IMG/VR virus record: IMGVR_UViG_3300013121_000004
Location: 41,903-105,902 of that record
Source: a virus
Lineage: Duplodnaviria; Caudoviricetes
Length of the DNA: 64,000 bases
Reading direction: 5' to 3' (one strand)
Each line of letters opens with the position of its first letter. Position 1 is the stretch's first letter. The position numbers and the translations under genes are program-made. This document shows, piece by piece, positions 37,784-48,804 of this stretch. Below the pieces are notes generated by a model. The model saw only the letters and a program-made list of their open reading frames with translations. It was not told the origin of the DNA and made no database searches.

Positions 37784-40700
37784 TAATAACGATACCCTTA
37801 ATCTATTGTTCCGGCTCTCAGCCGTTATTGACCCTCAATTCTCGCAGACACTAAAGAAAGCTGCGCAGGAGGTAGATAAAGCTGGGAAGAATATTGAGGG
37901 GTCATTAAAGAGAACTGGCGAAGCCAATTTAGCCAAGCTTACACAAAATCTAGGCGAAAACAGTACTCTAGTTAAGGGGCTACGCGATAAGATGCGAAGC
38001 ATTCAGAAGTACACTTCTGATGTCGGCGCTCAGCGTAGGCTAGTACAAGAAGAAGAAAGAAAGTTACTTGAAGGGCTTAATCAAAAGGATAGGGCTGGCC
38101 CCGGCGCGGCAGCTAAAAGATACAGTAAAGCTAAAGGGATCTTCCAAGCAATTGGCACTCCACAGGAGATTAAGCTTCAAGTAGCTGAAATAGAAAGCAA
38201 TCTACGCAAACTCAGAGCTATATACATAGAGTTAGCTAAGGATGACCCTAAGCTTTCTAAATCTATGTCTAACTGGTTTACTACTAATAAAAGCAAAGAG
38301 CAAGAGTGGGTAAAGCGACAAGGGGAGCTTAAAGGGCACCTACAGCAGTCTTCTGCCGCTATGAAGCGATATGAGCTGGCTATCGCTAACATGGCTAGAT
38401 TCAAAGGATATGACCCGCAAAGAATTACGGACATCAAACGTGACCTCCAGTCTTTGCTGACTGGTTTAGACCTGAGTGAGCAAGGTAAACAGTTTGCACA
38501 GGCTCAAGCACAACTTAAAAAAGCACTCGAAGATCGTAAGAGACTGATTGATGATTATCTAAAGAAGTCCGGCATCACCAGCCCTACAGCTATGCAGCAA
38601 ACACTAGGTAAAATTAGCGCCAAGATGGCTGCTGGTACTGATGCTGCTGGAGCTAAATCCAGTGAAACTGCTCTCATTAATCTCTACACTACTTGGCGAA
38701 CTAAGGCTAATGAAGTAGCTACGGCTCTATCTATTATCCCCAAAGAAATTCAAGATACTGTACCATATATCCAGCAGATTAAAGACGAGTGGGAAAAAGT
38801 AGGCAAAGAGATTGAAGATCAGATGGTTCTGTACAAGAACGCTAACAATTTCTTACAGCGCCAGAAGGTTTTGACTGATCAGATTACATATGACCGAGGA
38901 GACGGATACCACACTACAAGCGGTAATTTGAATGCTATGCGCCGCCGCTATCAAACAATAACAGGCGGTATTTCTGAGCGCCCACAAGGGTACGCTTCTG
39001 ACTCACAGCTACGCGGTATGACTCGTCTTATTCAAGATGCGCAAGAGCGAATCATGGCTCTCAAGGAAGCGATGCGCGTGGCTGGCGCAGAGAACGATGA
39101 TTACTCGGACGGACTTTCAGATCAAAAACACGAGATTCAAGGAATCATAAAAGAGTACGAGGATTGGGCGGAAGCTACTAAGGAACTCTACAAAGAGCAG
39201 AAGAAGTTAAACACGGAAGGTCGGGCGCAGAATGCCCGCTATCAGGCTCGTAATGCTATTGCTAACGCAGTAGGTGGTATGCGCTTTGGTATGATTAGCC
39301 GTGGCGTTCACGGCGCTACCAGTTTGTTTAAGACTAGTTATGATGATGGAGGTATAGCAGAAGTAGGTAAGAGTTTTGCCTATGTAGGTGGGACTATTGC
39401 TGCTATCGCTATTCCACTCAAGATCTTCGACCTAGCTATGAAGGCTATCGTAGGAACTTTCCGCACATTCACAAATGTAATACGCAATGGCATAGGTACA
39501 ATAAAGGGATTCATCTCTTCGTCTGTTGCAGCGCACCAACAACTAGTAGCATTTGCGCTCCAGACTGGTCTGTCTATTAACGAGGCTCAGAAGCTTAGCG
39601 CTTCGTTCCGCGTTCTTGGGTTGGATACTACTTGGGTAGCCGTTGGTATGGGTGCCTTGAACAAGTCTGTAATCGAGAACAACGCTATTTACGCTAAGTG
39701 GGGGATCGCTACAAGAGATGCTACGGGTAACGCACGTCGTATGTCTGATGTGCTTGATGACCTAAACGATAAATACCAGTCCCTGAACGAAGGAGACAGG
39801 ATTAACTTCCTAGCCGATCTCCAAACTGCACTCCCATTCATCAGCATGATTACGCCGATGATTACTACAAATCTTAACGACATTCTAAAACCACTTGAGA
39901 ATATGAATGTAATCCTAGACGAGACTGAACAGAAGGATATGACTCGTGTAGTCGCTTCTGTTACTGGCATGAAGCTAGCGTTTGAAGGATTAGCTAACAC
40001 TGTAACTATCGCTTTAGCTCCTGCTATCGAATCCTTCGCCAATACTGTTATTACAGTACTGGTAGCCGCTATGCCTAAGATACAGAAGATATTTAGAAGT
40101 GCAGCAGAGCAAATTCGCGACTTTTTCTTCGCGCTAGGTGGCGGAGATACTGGCCCAATTAGTGCGTTTGCTGATGCGTTCAGCAACACAGAGAAGACCT
40201 TGGAAAGCGGTAATGGTACGATGGGTCTTTATACAGATACTGTACAAGACCTAGATAAGGAAATTGCAGCCAACGTTCAGACTATGGACGATTGGCGCGA
40301 GCATATCGAGGATCTGCGTGGCCCTATGGAAGATATGCAGAAAGCTATGCAAGATGAGCTAGAAGCTATTAACGATGCCAAAGAAACAGTAAGTGATGCG
40401 CTTAAAATAGAAATAAGCCCCCTTGAAGACAGACTCGAATTAATCGAGAAGTCCAAGGAGTCTTGGATAGAGGAGAGGGATACTGCACTAGAAGCTATCG
40501 ATGACGAAATCAAAGCTCTTCAAAGAGCCAATCGTCAGCTATCTAGAGATGAGCGTGCTGAACTTAATCCATTAAATGATGCTTTAGAAGCTCTAAAGGA
40601 ACAGAAAAAGGCTTTAGCTAAGGCAGCAAAAGATGCTAAGAAAGATGTACCTGACTACTCTGAGGAGATTGATGCTCAAAACGCCATTAAAGATGGCCTA

Positions 40701-43700
40701 CAAGACCAGATAGAATCCATCAGAGACGCTACTGACGCTTGGACGGAACAAAAGGAAGCTATCATAGATGACTACCAGTCACAGATAGTTGTAATCGACG
40801 ATATAATTGATGGTATCCGTAAGCAAGAAGCTGCTGCATCAAAGGCGGCTAATGCTCAGAAAGAGCTTCTACAAGATCAAATAGATGCTATCCAAGAAGT
40901 AGGCGAAGAGCAGACACGGGTCGCGCAGGATAAAGAATATTGGGATCAGAGAGCGTACCTCACTGGTCAGTCTTTGCTCGCTCAGCTAGAGGCACAACAA
41001 AGAGCACTAGATAATCGAGCACAGCGGCAGCGGCAGCAGGGTGAATCCGATACAGATTACCAGCTACGTATGCAGCAGCTTGCTCTTGCTAACGACATCG
41101 AAGAGGAACAGAGAAGACTATCCCTGTCTGCTCTTGACGAGAACAGATTGCTGGAGGAAGCTAACCGCGTTAGAGAAAATACCATCAAGTTGCTTCAGGA
41201 TCAGATTCAAGCTATCGAAGATGCGTTTGAAGCACAAAAGGAAGCTAACGACACACTAATTGAAGGATACGACGCGCAGAAGGGGTCATATTCCAGCCTT
41301 ATCGACGGAATCAAGGATGAAATCGATGCTCGCAAGAAAGCAGACGACGCTACTATTAAAGGGATCGAGAACAACGTCAAGGCAATTGATAAGGAAATCG
41401 AAAGGTACCAGAACCTAGCTGACGAGGCACGCAAGGCGCAAGACGCTGTTGATGAGTACTACGATAAGCAAATTGAAGATCTAGATACACAAATCGATTC
41501 TATCTCTGACGCTATCGACAGCATCAAAAATAAGTACGACGAACTCAAAGAAGCAAATGATCTGAGAATCGAAGACCTCCAAGAGCTGGCCGAGAGTACT
41601 CGCGATACTTATGAAGGCATCATTGACCCAATTGACGAAGAAATTAAGAAGATCAAAGAATCTGTAGACGAAGCCAAGAAAGCAGCAGCAGAAAAGATCG
41701 AGCTATTGGACGATCAAGCCGAGGCTATCCGTGACTACTATACCCCTCTGCTTCGTGCACAGCAAGATGAGATCGATAAATGGGAAGAAGCCATCAAAGT
41801 GATGGATCGTTATAATAAGGAACGGAAGCGAGCACTAGATGAAGCAATAGGTCTACAGGAAGCCAATGCAGCTAAGCCTGTTTCAGGAGCATCTAGCTCT
41901 TACACTATCGGTGGAGTAGACGTAGGGAGTATCGGTACTAAGATCGGTAAAATCGTGTACGAAGCAGCTATTGCTCCGTTTACAAAGGAAATAACTAATC
42001 CCAAAAAGAGAGCAGGGTCAGCTGGTATAGATGACCCTGATACTGTAACTGTGTTTGCATTTGACTCAGAGGCTATTAAGGAAGCGCTACACAATCTAGT
42101 AGACGATATCGTACAGCCTACAGTGGAGTATTTCTGGAATGAGTGGTGGAGACTGTCTGGGGAATATGCTCCTAAAGGCGCAAAGGGTCTTATAGGTATA
42201 CTGGTAGCGGAACTCGTAGATCAGATGATTAATCATCTAAAAGATCCTAATACATGGAAAGACATGACCAGCGGTAAGTTCATGCCCGCAGGGGTCTTCT
42301 CCAATATGGGAGAGAAAATTGGAGGCTGGATCATTGAAGGACTTATCGATGAAATAGGGAAGAACATAGGTATAAGTAGCAATACGCGAAAGAAGTGGAT
42401 AGAGTTCTTTGAAGAAGCTATTTCCGCTATGAAAGAACTCTTCACTCCAATGAACTGGGCTATCTATTTCTATAGATACATAGTTAAGCCACTAATTGAC
42501 TTGATAACGGAATGGGACAAAATGATTCCTTACTGGGAGGGGTTTTGGGAAGAAGCTCTTATTGCTGCTGGCAATGTCTTCAAAGACATTGCAATGTTCC
42601 TGTATGACCATCTTATTAAGCCAATCATAGATTACATCAAAGATCCTTCGTTACTTAAGGACGATGCGGAAAAGCTATGGGGCAGTATCTTAAAGGCTGG
42701 TGAGTTTGTATTCAGCACGCTTACTAAGTGGTTAAGCGATACATTCGTTAAGCCTATAGTATCTTTCATAGACGGCACTATCAAGGTCGGTGGAGAGCTG
42801 TGGGATAAGTTTAGCGATATGTGGGGCGCATTCTACAGATCAGGTGAAAAAGCATTCAGCACAATCGGTACTTGGCTAAGCGATACTATCGGAAAGCCTA
42901 TTACAGAATTCTTTAGTGGGTTAGGCAGTAGCATTGGAACTGCCTTTGGTGGGGTTTGGTCTGTTATTCTAAAGCCATTCGAGACAGCGTATAAAGGTAT
43001 AGACTGGATGTTCGAAAAGCTAAGTGCAGCAATCTCTAAGATTGCTGGTGTTGCTAGGCTCGACGTTCCAGATTTCAGCCTTCCTGATTGGCAGAATCCA
43101 TCTGCGGGTATTGGAGACGCGTATGCAGGCCAGCCTCCTCCGGGGTCTAGCGCGTACCCTGAGTTTGCTGAAGGCGGTCGAATTGATCGACCGACTCGTG
43201 CGCTAATTGGTGAAGCCGGGTATCCTGAGTACGTTATTTCTACTGATCCGAGTAAGAAATCTCGCACTATGGGACTCCTCCAAAACTTCTTCAAAGAATT
43301 AAATGGTGGACGTCAAACGGATGGCGGATTCGGGTCTAGTAGAGGCGGGCCGTTTGACTTTATCGATAGTGCATTCGGCAAGGCCGGGGAGTTCTTCTCT
43401 GGCGCGTTCGCTGCTGGGAAGAAAGGGCTCGATGTAATTACAGAAGCACCATCTCAGTTAATGTCGCTTGCCAAGGATCAGGCAGCCAAGATTCTAAAAG
43501 CTGCTATTGAAGAAGCGATCAGTGCAACACCCGGACAGCTACCGCTATTTACCGGCTTAATGAATTGGGTTAAGGATGCCATCATTAAATGGTTCACCGG
43601 GTCTGGGTATGATGCTGGAACGTTCTTCGACGCAGAAGATATATTCGGTAACGGCGCAGTTATTCCTACACAATCATATGGAGATACTACGTATGCTCAA

Positions 43701-44426
43701 GGCGCATACGCCGATAAGTTCCACCACGGCGTAGACATCGCATCCGTTGGCGGACAGAAGATTCCTCTGTTCGGGTCTGGTCGTGCATCTCTCGTAAGCA
43801 AAGGCTACAACGAGGGACTAGGTAACTATGTAGCAATGCGCGGTATCGTTAAGGGTGGCGAGGCTATACAGTTCCTCCTAGGCCACCTAGACCGCGTTTT
43901 AATCAACTTTACGGATACTATATCAAAAGCCACACAAATCGGTAATATGGGCACTACAGGCTATTCAGACGGGGTTCATACACATGTCCAGACCCGTAAT
44001 GAAGCCGGGACTGAAATAAACCCAGAAAGATTCTTCCCATCCATGAGTTGGTTCTGGGGGTCTGATGCAGTAGGTTATCGCAATGGCGGACTGGTAAAGC
44101 CTAACTCTACGCTGCTCGACATGTACGGTCGCCCGTACGCACGCGCGGGAGAGGGCGGACTGTCCGAAGCCATCACTCCTATTGATATGCTAAAGAATGT
44201 GGTAAAATACAGTGTAGCATCAGGTATTAGTTCTGCGAGAATGCCTGCTATGAATAGCAGTCAGAACATCTCGCAAAGCGGCCCGACACTTCACATCGAG
44301 AATATCTATGCGAACACAAAGGAAGACGGACAAGAGATTGCAAGAGTTATCCGTAATGAGTTCGAAGATTTGCTAACAAATATGAAAACTCACAAGCGGA
44401 CAATAGCTGCCGGGAGAAGGATTTAA
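37776..44426 (+). CDS. tape measure protein with C-terminal M23 peptidase domain
   Basis: 2216 aa, helical/coiled-coil; FAEGG...IGEAG.PE motif; HHGVDIA...HL...GTTGYSDGVHTH (HxxxD, HxH). Confidence 0.92.
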   Translation: MADNNDTLNLLFRLSAVIDPQFSQTLKKAAQEVDKAGKNIEGSLKRTGEANLAKLTQNLGENSTLVKGLRDKMRSIQKYTSDVGAQRRLVQEEERKLLEGLNQKDRAGPGAAAKRYSKAKGIFQAIGTPQEIKLQVAEIESNLRKLRAIYIELAKDDPKLSKSMSNWFTTNKSKEQEWVKRQGELKGHLQQSSAAMKRYELAIANMARFKGYDPQRITDIKRDLQSLLTGLDLSEQGKQFAQAQAQLKKALEDRKRLIDDYLKKSGITSPTAMQQTLGKISAKMAAGTDAAGAKSSETALINLYTTWRTKANEVATALSIIPKEIQDTVPYIQQIKDEWEKVGKEIEDQMVLYKNANNFLQRQKVLTDQITYDRGDGYHTTSGNLNAMRRRYQTITGGISERPQGYASDSQLRGMTRLIQDAQERIMALKEAMRVAGAENDDYSDGLSDQKHEIQGIIKEYEDWAEATKELYKEQKKLNTEGRAQNARYQARNAIANAVGGMRFGMISRGVHGATSLFKTSYDDGGIAEVGKSFAYVGGTIAAIAIPLKIFDLAMKAIVGTFRTFTNVIRNGIGTIKGFISSSVAAHQQLVAFALQTGLSINEAQKLSASFRVLGLDTTWVAVGMGALNKSVIENNAIYAKWGIATRDATGNARRMSDVLDDLNDKYQSLNEGDRINFLADLQTALPFISMITPMITTNLNDILKPLENMNVILDETEQKDMTRVVASVTGMKLAFEGLANTVTIALAPAIESFANTVITVLVAAMPKIQKIFRSAAEQIRDFFFALGGGDTGPISAFADAFSNTEKTLESGNGTMGLYTDTVQDLDKEIAANVQTMDDWREHIEDLRGPMEDMQKAMQDELEAINDAKETVSDALKIEISPLEDRLELIEKSKESWIEERDTALEAIDDEIKALQRANRQLSRDERAELNPLNDALEALKEQKKALAKAAKDAKKDVPDYSEEIDAQNAIKDGLQDQIESIRDATDAWTEQKEAIIDDYQSQIVVIDDIIDGIRKQEAAASKAANAQKELLQDQIDAIQEVGEEQTRVAQDKEYWDQRAYLTGQSLLAQLEAQQRALDNRAQRQRQQGESDTDYQLRMQQLALANDIEEEQRRLSLSALDENRLLEEANRVRENTIKLLQDQIQAIEDAFEAQKEANDTLIEGYDAQKGSYSSLIDGIKDEIDARKKADDATIKGIENNVKAIDKEIERYQNLADEARKAQDAVDEYYDKQIEDLDTQIDSISDAIDSIKNKYDELKEANDLRIEDLQELAESTRDTYEGIIDPIDEEIKKIKESVDEAKKAAAEKIELLDDQAEAIRDYYTPLLRAQQDEIDKWEEAIKVMDRYNKERKRALDEAIGLQEANAAKPVSGASSSYTIGGVDVGSIGTKIGKIVYEAAIAPFTKEITNPKKRAGSAGIDDPDTVTVFAFDSEAIKEALHNLVDDIVQPTVEYFWNEWWRLSGEYAPKGAKGLIGILVAELVDQMINHLKDPNTWKDMTSGKFMPAGVFSNMGEKIGGWIIEGLIDEIGKNIGISSNTRKKWIEFFEEAISAMKELFTPMNWAIYFYRYIVKPLIDLITEWDKMIPYWEGFWEEALIAAGNVFKDIAMFLYDHLIKPIIDYIKDPSLLKDDAEKLWGSILKAGEFVFSTLTKWLSDTFVKPIVSFIDGTIKVGGELWDKFSDMWGAFYRSGEKAFSTIGTWLSDTIGKPITEFFSGLGSSIGTAFGGVWSVILKPFETAYKGIDWMFEKLSAAISKIAGVARLDVPDFSLPDWQNPSAGIGDAYAGQPPPGSSAYPEFAEGGRIDRPTRALIGEAGYPEYVISTDPSKKSRTMGLLQNFFKELNGGRQTDGGFGSSRGGPFDFIDSAFGKAGEFFSGAFAAGKKGLDVITEAPSQLMSLAKDQAAKILKAAIEEAISATPGQLPLFTGLMNWVKDAIIKWFTGSGYDAGTFFDAEDIFGNGAVIPTQSYGDTTYAQGAYADKFHHGVDIASVGGQKIPLFGSGRASLVSKGYNEGLGNYVAMRGIVKGGEAIQFLLGHLDRVLINFTDTISKATQIGNMGTTGYSDGVHTHVQTRNEAGTEINPERFFPSMSWFWGSDAVGYRNGGLVKPNSTLLDMYGRPYARAGEGGLSEAITPIDMLKNVVKYSVASGISSARMPAMNSSQNISQSGPTLHIENIYANTKEDGQEIARVIRNEFEDLLTNMKTHKRTIAAGRRI

Positions 44427-47400
44427 TGCCAGTACCAAACGGGCCTAGTGTTTTAGCACCTAACGCCAACGCGCACTATGCGGTAGGTAGTGCTATTCAA
44501 TGGCTTATCACGCCACAACATCCTGACGGAACTAACGTAACAGGGTATGAGTTTCAGCTATCTGAGTCTGGCGGTACAGTCGAGTGGTACATACATACAG
44601 TTACAGGGGTAAACCTGTCTTCTGGCAATAACATCTACTTTATCGGAACGCTGTCTGAACCTCTACCTACAGGTATTTCTCTAGAAGTTAGAGCAAGAAC
44701 TAGAAATGCCGAAGGGTGGGGCTTATGGGGTAGTGGTACAAGCATTGTAGTAACTAACACAGCGCCTACATTTGTTACTGGTACTGCTGCGCCTCAAGGT
44801 ACTGTAAACGTAGTCGGAGCAACTGTTACTCCTACGTTTTCTATTACCGTAAATGACACAGAAGGAGATCCGATTAAGTACTACGAAGCTATCGTAGAGA
44901 ACGATGGCGGTGCTGCGTATTATTGGATCTCTCCTCTAGTATCTATCGATATCGCGGCGGGTAGTGTGCTTACGTTCCAAGGCCCGAGTAACATGCCTAA
45001 CGATGCAAGCTATAAGTGGAAGATTAGAGCATGGGACGCGGCTATGCGTACTACTGTTTCTCCCAGCTACACTTCCTACATAAACTTCTCGTTGGTAAAC
45101 ATTCTAAGTAGCAATACTGCACCTACACTTACCTCTACTGGTGGCCCGTCTGGTACAGTAGCCGCGACTACTAATGACTATTACAACTTTACCTGCACTA
45201 GCGTATGGACTGATGCTGAAGGTCACTCTATTGCAGCTTATCAGCTACAGATTGAAAACACTAGCGATAGCACTACAGTATTAGACACAGGTAAAGTCCC
45301 TACATCAGTAGCCAGCGGTGCTACGCTATCTGTTACTGGCCCTGCTCTATCAGTAGGCAGTAACTACAGATGGCGCATTAAAGTGTGGGATGTGTATGAC
45401 GCAGAGAGTAGCTGGAGTTCTTACACTGACTTTACACCTGCTGTAACGTCTGCTACTAACCTTCCACCTACCGCCACAGCTATTACACCTAGCGGCGCTA
45501 CTACATCGCCTGTTTCGTTTGTCGGAGGGTTCTCTGACTTAGGCGGTACACTGAACACTTTCTCGCAGTACCAACTTCGTATATATGAGGACTCTACTCT
45601 AGTGTGGACTTCTCCGTTGTACAACACCACAGCTACAGAGAGAAGTGCTAAGCAGTTCAGCAGGCTTTATGCTGGCCCTGCTCTATCCTCTGGATCTACA
45701 TATTACTGGCAATGTAAAGTGTGGGATAATGGTGGGCTTGGCTCTGCTTGGTCTACTCTTGTTCCATTCTCTATTCAGGTAGCCCCTAACGCCCCTGTAA
45801 GCCTTGCACCGTCCGGCGTTACTACTACACTGTCGTTCTCATTCACAGGCGGTTTCAGCACCAGCGGTGCTGGCACACTTGCTTATACACAGATTGTAGT
45901 CAAGAATGTTAGCAACGTAGTAATCTGGGATTCTGGTGCTGTTGCGTCTTCTGGTTCTACATTCTCTATCCCTTACGCTGGCCCTGCTCTATCCGCTGGT
46001 CAGCAAATAACATGGATAGCTAGAAACAAAGACAGTAATGGGTTGTGGGGGCCATACTCAGGTGCTACTTCGGTAGTTTACCAGTCTACTCCAGATGTCC
46101 CTATCAACTTGTTCCCGGCCAGTAGTAATGTTGCTGCTTACCCGTCTACACGTCCTGTCTTTGGTGGAGATAACAGCCATCCAAGCAGCGTAGGAATGAA
46201 CGCTGCACAGATTGTGGTTTACACAGAAGACGAGGCTACTCAACTGTGGGATAGTGGTATCGTAGCTCAGACTGGTACTCGATTTAAGATTGGGTACGCT
46301 GGTACAGCTTTATCCGATGGACAAGTAATCAAATGGAAAGCTCGTACACGATCTTCTGACACAAACTATTGGGGGCCATATACCGAATTACAGACTCTAA
46401 GGATTAACAAAGCCCCAGAAGCTATTGTTAACCCTTCGCCTAATGGCGCAAATATCTCAACGCTAACTCCTACACTTACTTGGACTGCTAAAGTAGGAGA
46501 GGCTACGGTAGAAACTTCAGCAATAGCTAATGGTCGTCGCCCTACATTTACTATTTTGAACATCGTAGATCAGCAGACATTAGCTGATGTTGTCGGATAC
46601 CCTGACAATACCTCTGCTGTGTGGGATGACTTTTCTGCATTATCTGGGTGGACTACTGAAGCTGGCACATGGGCTGTGTCTGCTGGTAGGCTTTACTGCT
46701 CTGCCGGTGCTGACAATGCGCGGCTATATAAGGACTCATTAATTAGTGACGGACTAATTGGGTGCTTAATGAAATACGACTCTTCTGGATCTGCTGGTAG
46801 CGGGACAGTTGGCCCCGGCGCGGGGATCTACTTCAGAAGGAGTGATGCGTCCAATTATTGGGTTGTGTCTATTGCTGGCGGTACGCTCTACCTTAGCTCT
46901 AATGTAGCTGGTACTTTCACCACAGTAGCCAGCGCAGACGTAGACGTAGTGCATGGATACGATTGCCATATCTCCGTTACACTCAGTGGACAAGATATCA
47001 ATGTATACTTTAACGGAGTAGAGAAGATTGACTACACGGATGCTACAAACTTCAACACTACAGAAACAGAACACGGTATCTTTGCTTCTCAGTCCACATC
47101 ATCTACTTTTGACAACTTCTTTGTAGCATCCTCGACAGCAGGCGCTAGCGCCTATGTAGTCGGAGGCGGTGACCTTTCTTCAGAAAAGAGCTACACTTGG
47201 GTAGCAAGAATATTTGACGGGTATGTGTTAGGAGCATACAATGCTCCCTCTACATTCACGACTGTAAGCGCACCGTCTGTGGCTATCACATCTCATGCAG
47301 AAGGCGATACTATTGCTTCGCCTAACCCAACTATAACTTGGTCTTATACAGGGTACGGCGGTAGAACACAGACTACCTACAGAATACGCATACTGAATAA

Positions 47401-48259
47401 CGCTACTGTCGTATATGACAGCGGATCTGTAAGTTCTTCTGGCACATCGGCGTCTATCCCGACAGGATATTTGCTCAACGGTAACGTGTACACTGTAATC
47501 GTTACAGTGACAGACACATTTAACTTGGTGAGCAACTCCACTCCAGTTAACATCATCACTATCTGGACTCCGCCTTCCGCTATCGGGTCTATCACAGCAA
47601 CAGGTGATGCTACAACAGCATCTGTCCTGCTGGAGTGGGAGCGGTCTGCTCTTACTGCATCCGTATTCGTAAGATACGAGATATACAGACAAATAGGCAC
47701 AGACGACGAGGTTATTATAGCTCAAATTAATGACATCGAAACCTTATCTTGGACAGACTACTTCATCGCGTCTGGTAAAGAAATCACATACAGAATTATT
47801 CAGTACGAACTTGTTGGTATCGAGGCCGTACCTAGCACTAACGTGTACGACAACGTAACTGTTACATTCAGGGATATGTGGCTAACAGACACCAGCGATA
47901 CTAGTGTCCGTGTACGACTAAGAGACAATCCGTCAAAATCGTTCAACACCAAGAGGCAGGAAGAGAGTAAGTTATATTGGGGAGCAAGAGCGCCTGTCCG
48001 TCACATAGGTCAGCACTTTTATCAGGAGTTCAGTATATCCTTCATGGTATTTGGGCCTAACGGTATAGACGGTGATGAAGATGATACGTACATTATCGAT
48101 TATCTAACAACTATGCTGAGAAATAAGGCGGTTGTCCATTACATGGATGGGAGAGGAAGAACCATGTTTGCTAACTTTACAATGTCAGTAGAGGATCAAC
48201 TACCTGATAACTATCAAGTGTCTCTATCTCTTGAAGAGACTACGTACTCGGAAGTGTAA
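44426..48259 (+). CDS. distal-tail/minor tail protein with tandem Ig/FN3-like repeats
   Basis: Follows TMP; repeated GPALS..G..Y.W..K.WD..G..S.WS units; lectin-like insert. Confidence 0.7.
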   Translation: MPVPNGPSVLAPNANAHYAVGSAIQWLITPQHPDGTNVTGYEFQLSESGGTVEWYIHTVTGVNLSSGNNIYFIGTLSEPLPTGISLEVRARTRNAEGWGLWGSGTSIVVTNTAPTFVTGTAAPQGTVNVVGATVTPTFSITVNDTEGDPIKYYEAIVENDGGAAYYWISPLVSIDIAAGSVLTFQGPSNMPNDASYKWKIRAWDAAMRTTVSPSYTSYINFSLVNILSSNTAPTLTSTGGPSGTVAATTNDYYNFTCTSVWTDAEGHSIAAYQLQIENTSDSTTVLDTGKVPTSVASGATLSVTGPALSVGSNYRWRIKVWDVYDAESSWSSYTDFTPAVTSATNLPPTATAITPSGATTSPVSFVGGFSDLGGTLNTFSQYQLRIYEDSTLVWTSPLYNTTATERSAKQFSRLYAGPALSSGSTYYWQCKVWDNGGLGSAWSTLVPFSIQVAPNAPVSLAPSGVTTTLSFSFTGGFSTSGAGTLAYTQIVVKNVSNVVIWDSGAVASSGSTFSIPYAGPALSAGQQITWIARNKDSNGLWGPYSGATSVVYQSTPDVPINLFPASSNVAAYPSTRPVFGGDNSHPSSVGMNAAQIVVYTEDEATQLWDSGIVAQTGTRFKIGYAGTALSDGQVIKWKARTRSSDTNYWGPYTELQTLRINKAPEAIVNPSPNGANISTLTPTLTWTAKVGEATVETSAIANGRRPTFTILNIVDQQTLADVVGYPDNTSAVWDDFSALSGWTTEAGTWAVSAGRLYCSAGADNARLYKDSLISDGLIGCLMKYDSSGSAGSGTVGPGAGIYFRRSDASNYWVVSIAGGTLYLSSNVAGTFTTVASADVDVVHGYDCHISVTLSGQDINVYFNGVEKIDYTDATNFNTTETEHGIFASQSTSSTFDNFFVASSTAGASAYVVGGGDLSSEKSYTWVARIFDGYVLGAYNAPSTFTTVSAPSVAITSHAEGDTIASPNPTITWSYTGYGGRTQTTYRIRILNNATVVYDSGSVSSSGTSASIPTGYLLNGNVYTVIVTVTDTFNLVSNSTPVNIITIWTPPSAIGSITATGDATTASVLLEWERSALTASVFVRYEIYRQIGTDDEVIIAQINDIETLSWTDYFIASGKEITYRIIQYELVGIEAVPSTNVYDNVTVTFRDMWLTDTSDTSVRVRLRDNPSKSFNTKRQEESKLYWGARAPVRHIGQHFYQEFSISFMVFGPNGIDGDEDDTYIIDYLTTMLRNKAVVHYMDGRGRTMFANFTMSVEDQLPDNYQVSLSLEETTYSEV

Positions 48260-48261
48260 TC

Positions 48262-48801
48262 ATGCCGTACTTGAAGCTGTTTTCGTGGCACGGAGCGTCA
48301 GGCTCTGAATATGGTATAGACGTTACCGGGTTTCCGTTTATGTTTATTCAAGAAGACATCGATTATGACAATCTCCAGACAAACAATTACTTAGAGATAC
48401 CAGAAGAATATGATGAATTCACATATAGTTACGTAAAGAACTTCAGAATAAAACTAACAACCGCCATACCAGTAGGTAATCTCCTGTTGGACGGAGCCGG
48501 TGTATGGTTCCCTCCTAGAGACTCTAGTTGGATCGGCGTAGACGTATTCGCACAAATTACAGCGTCTTACGTAGATCCTGTAGCCAATGGCACAGCCCCT
48601 TTGAATGGTTTCGTAAATAACGTAGGGCTGTATAATAGTAATACATCCCTGTTGAGCATGAACGTTGGTACATTAGATAACACCGACACTATCGGATACT
48701 ACGGGGATTGGCTGCAAGTGCAGATCAGGGTAGGGAAACGAGCAAATCCACGATTAACTAACCCAATGTCAATCGTGCTAAATTTCGACGTATTGGAGTA
48801 A
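48262..48801 (+). CDS. minor tail protein
   Basis: Position; beta-rich. Confidence 0.55.
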   Translation: MPYLKLFSWHGASGSEYGIDVTGFPFMFIQEDIDYDNLQTNNYLEIPEEYDEFTYSYVKNFRIKLTTAIPVGNLLLDGAGVWFPPRDSSWIGVDVFAQITASYVDPVANGTAPLNGFVNNVGLYNSNTSLLSMNVGTLDNTDTIGYYGDWLQVQIRVGKRANPRLTNPMSIVLNFDVLE

Positions 48802-48804
48802 CGT

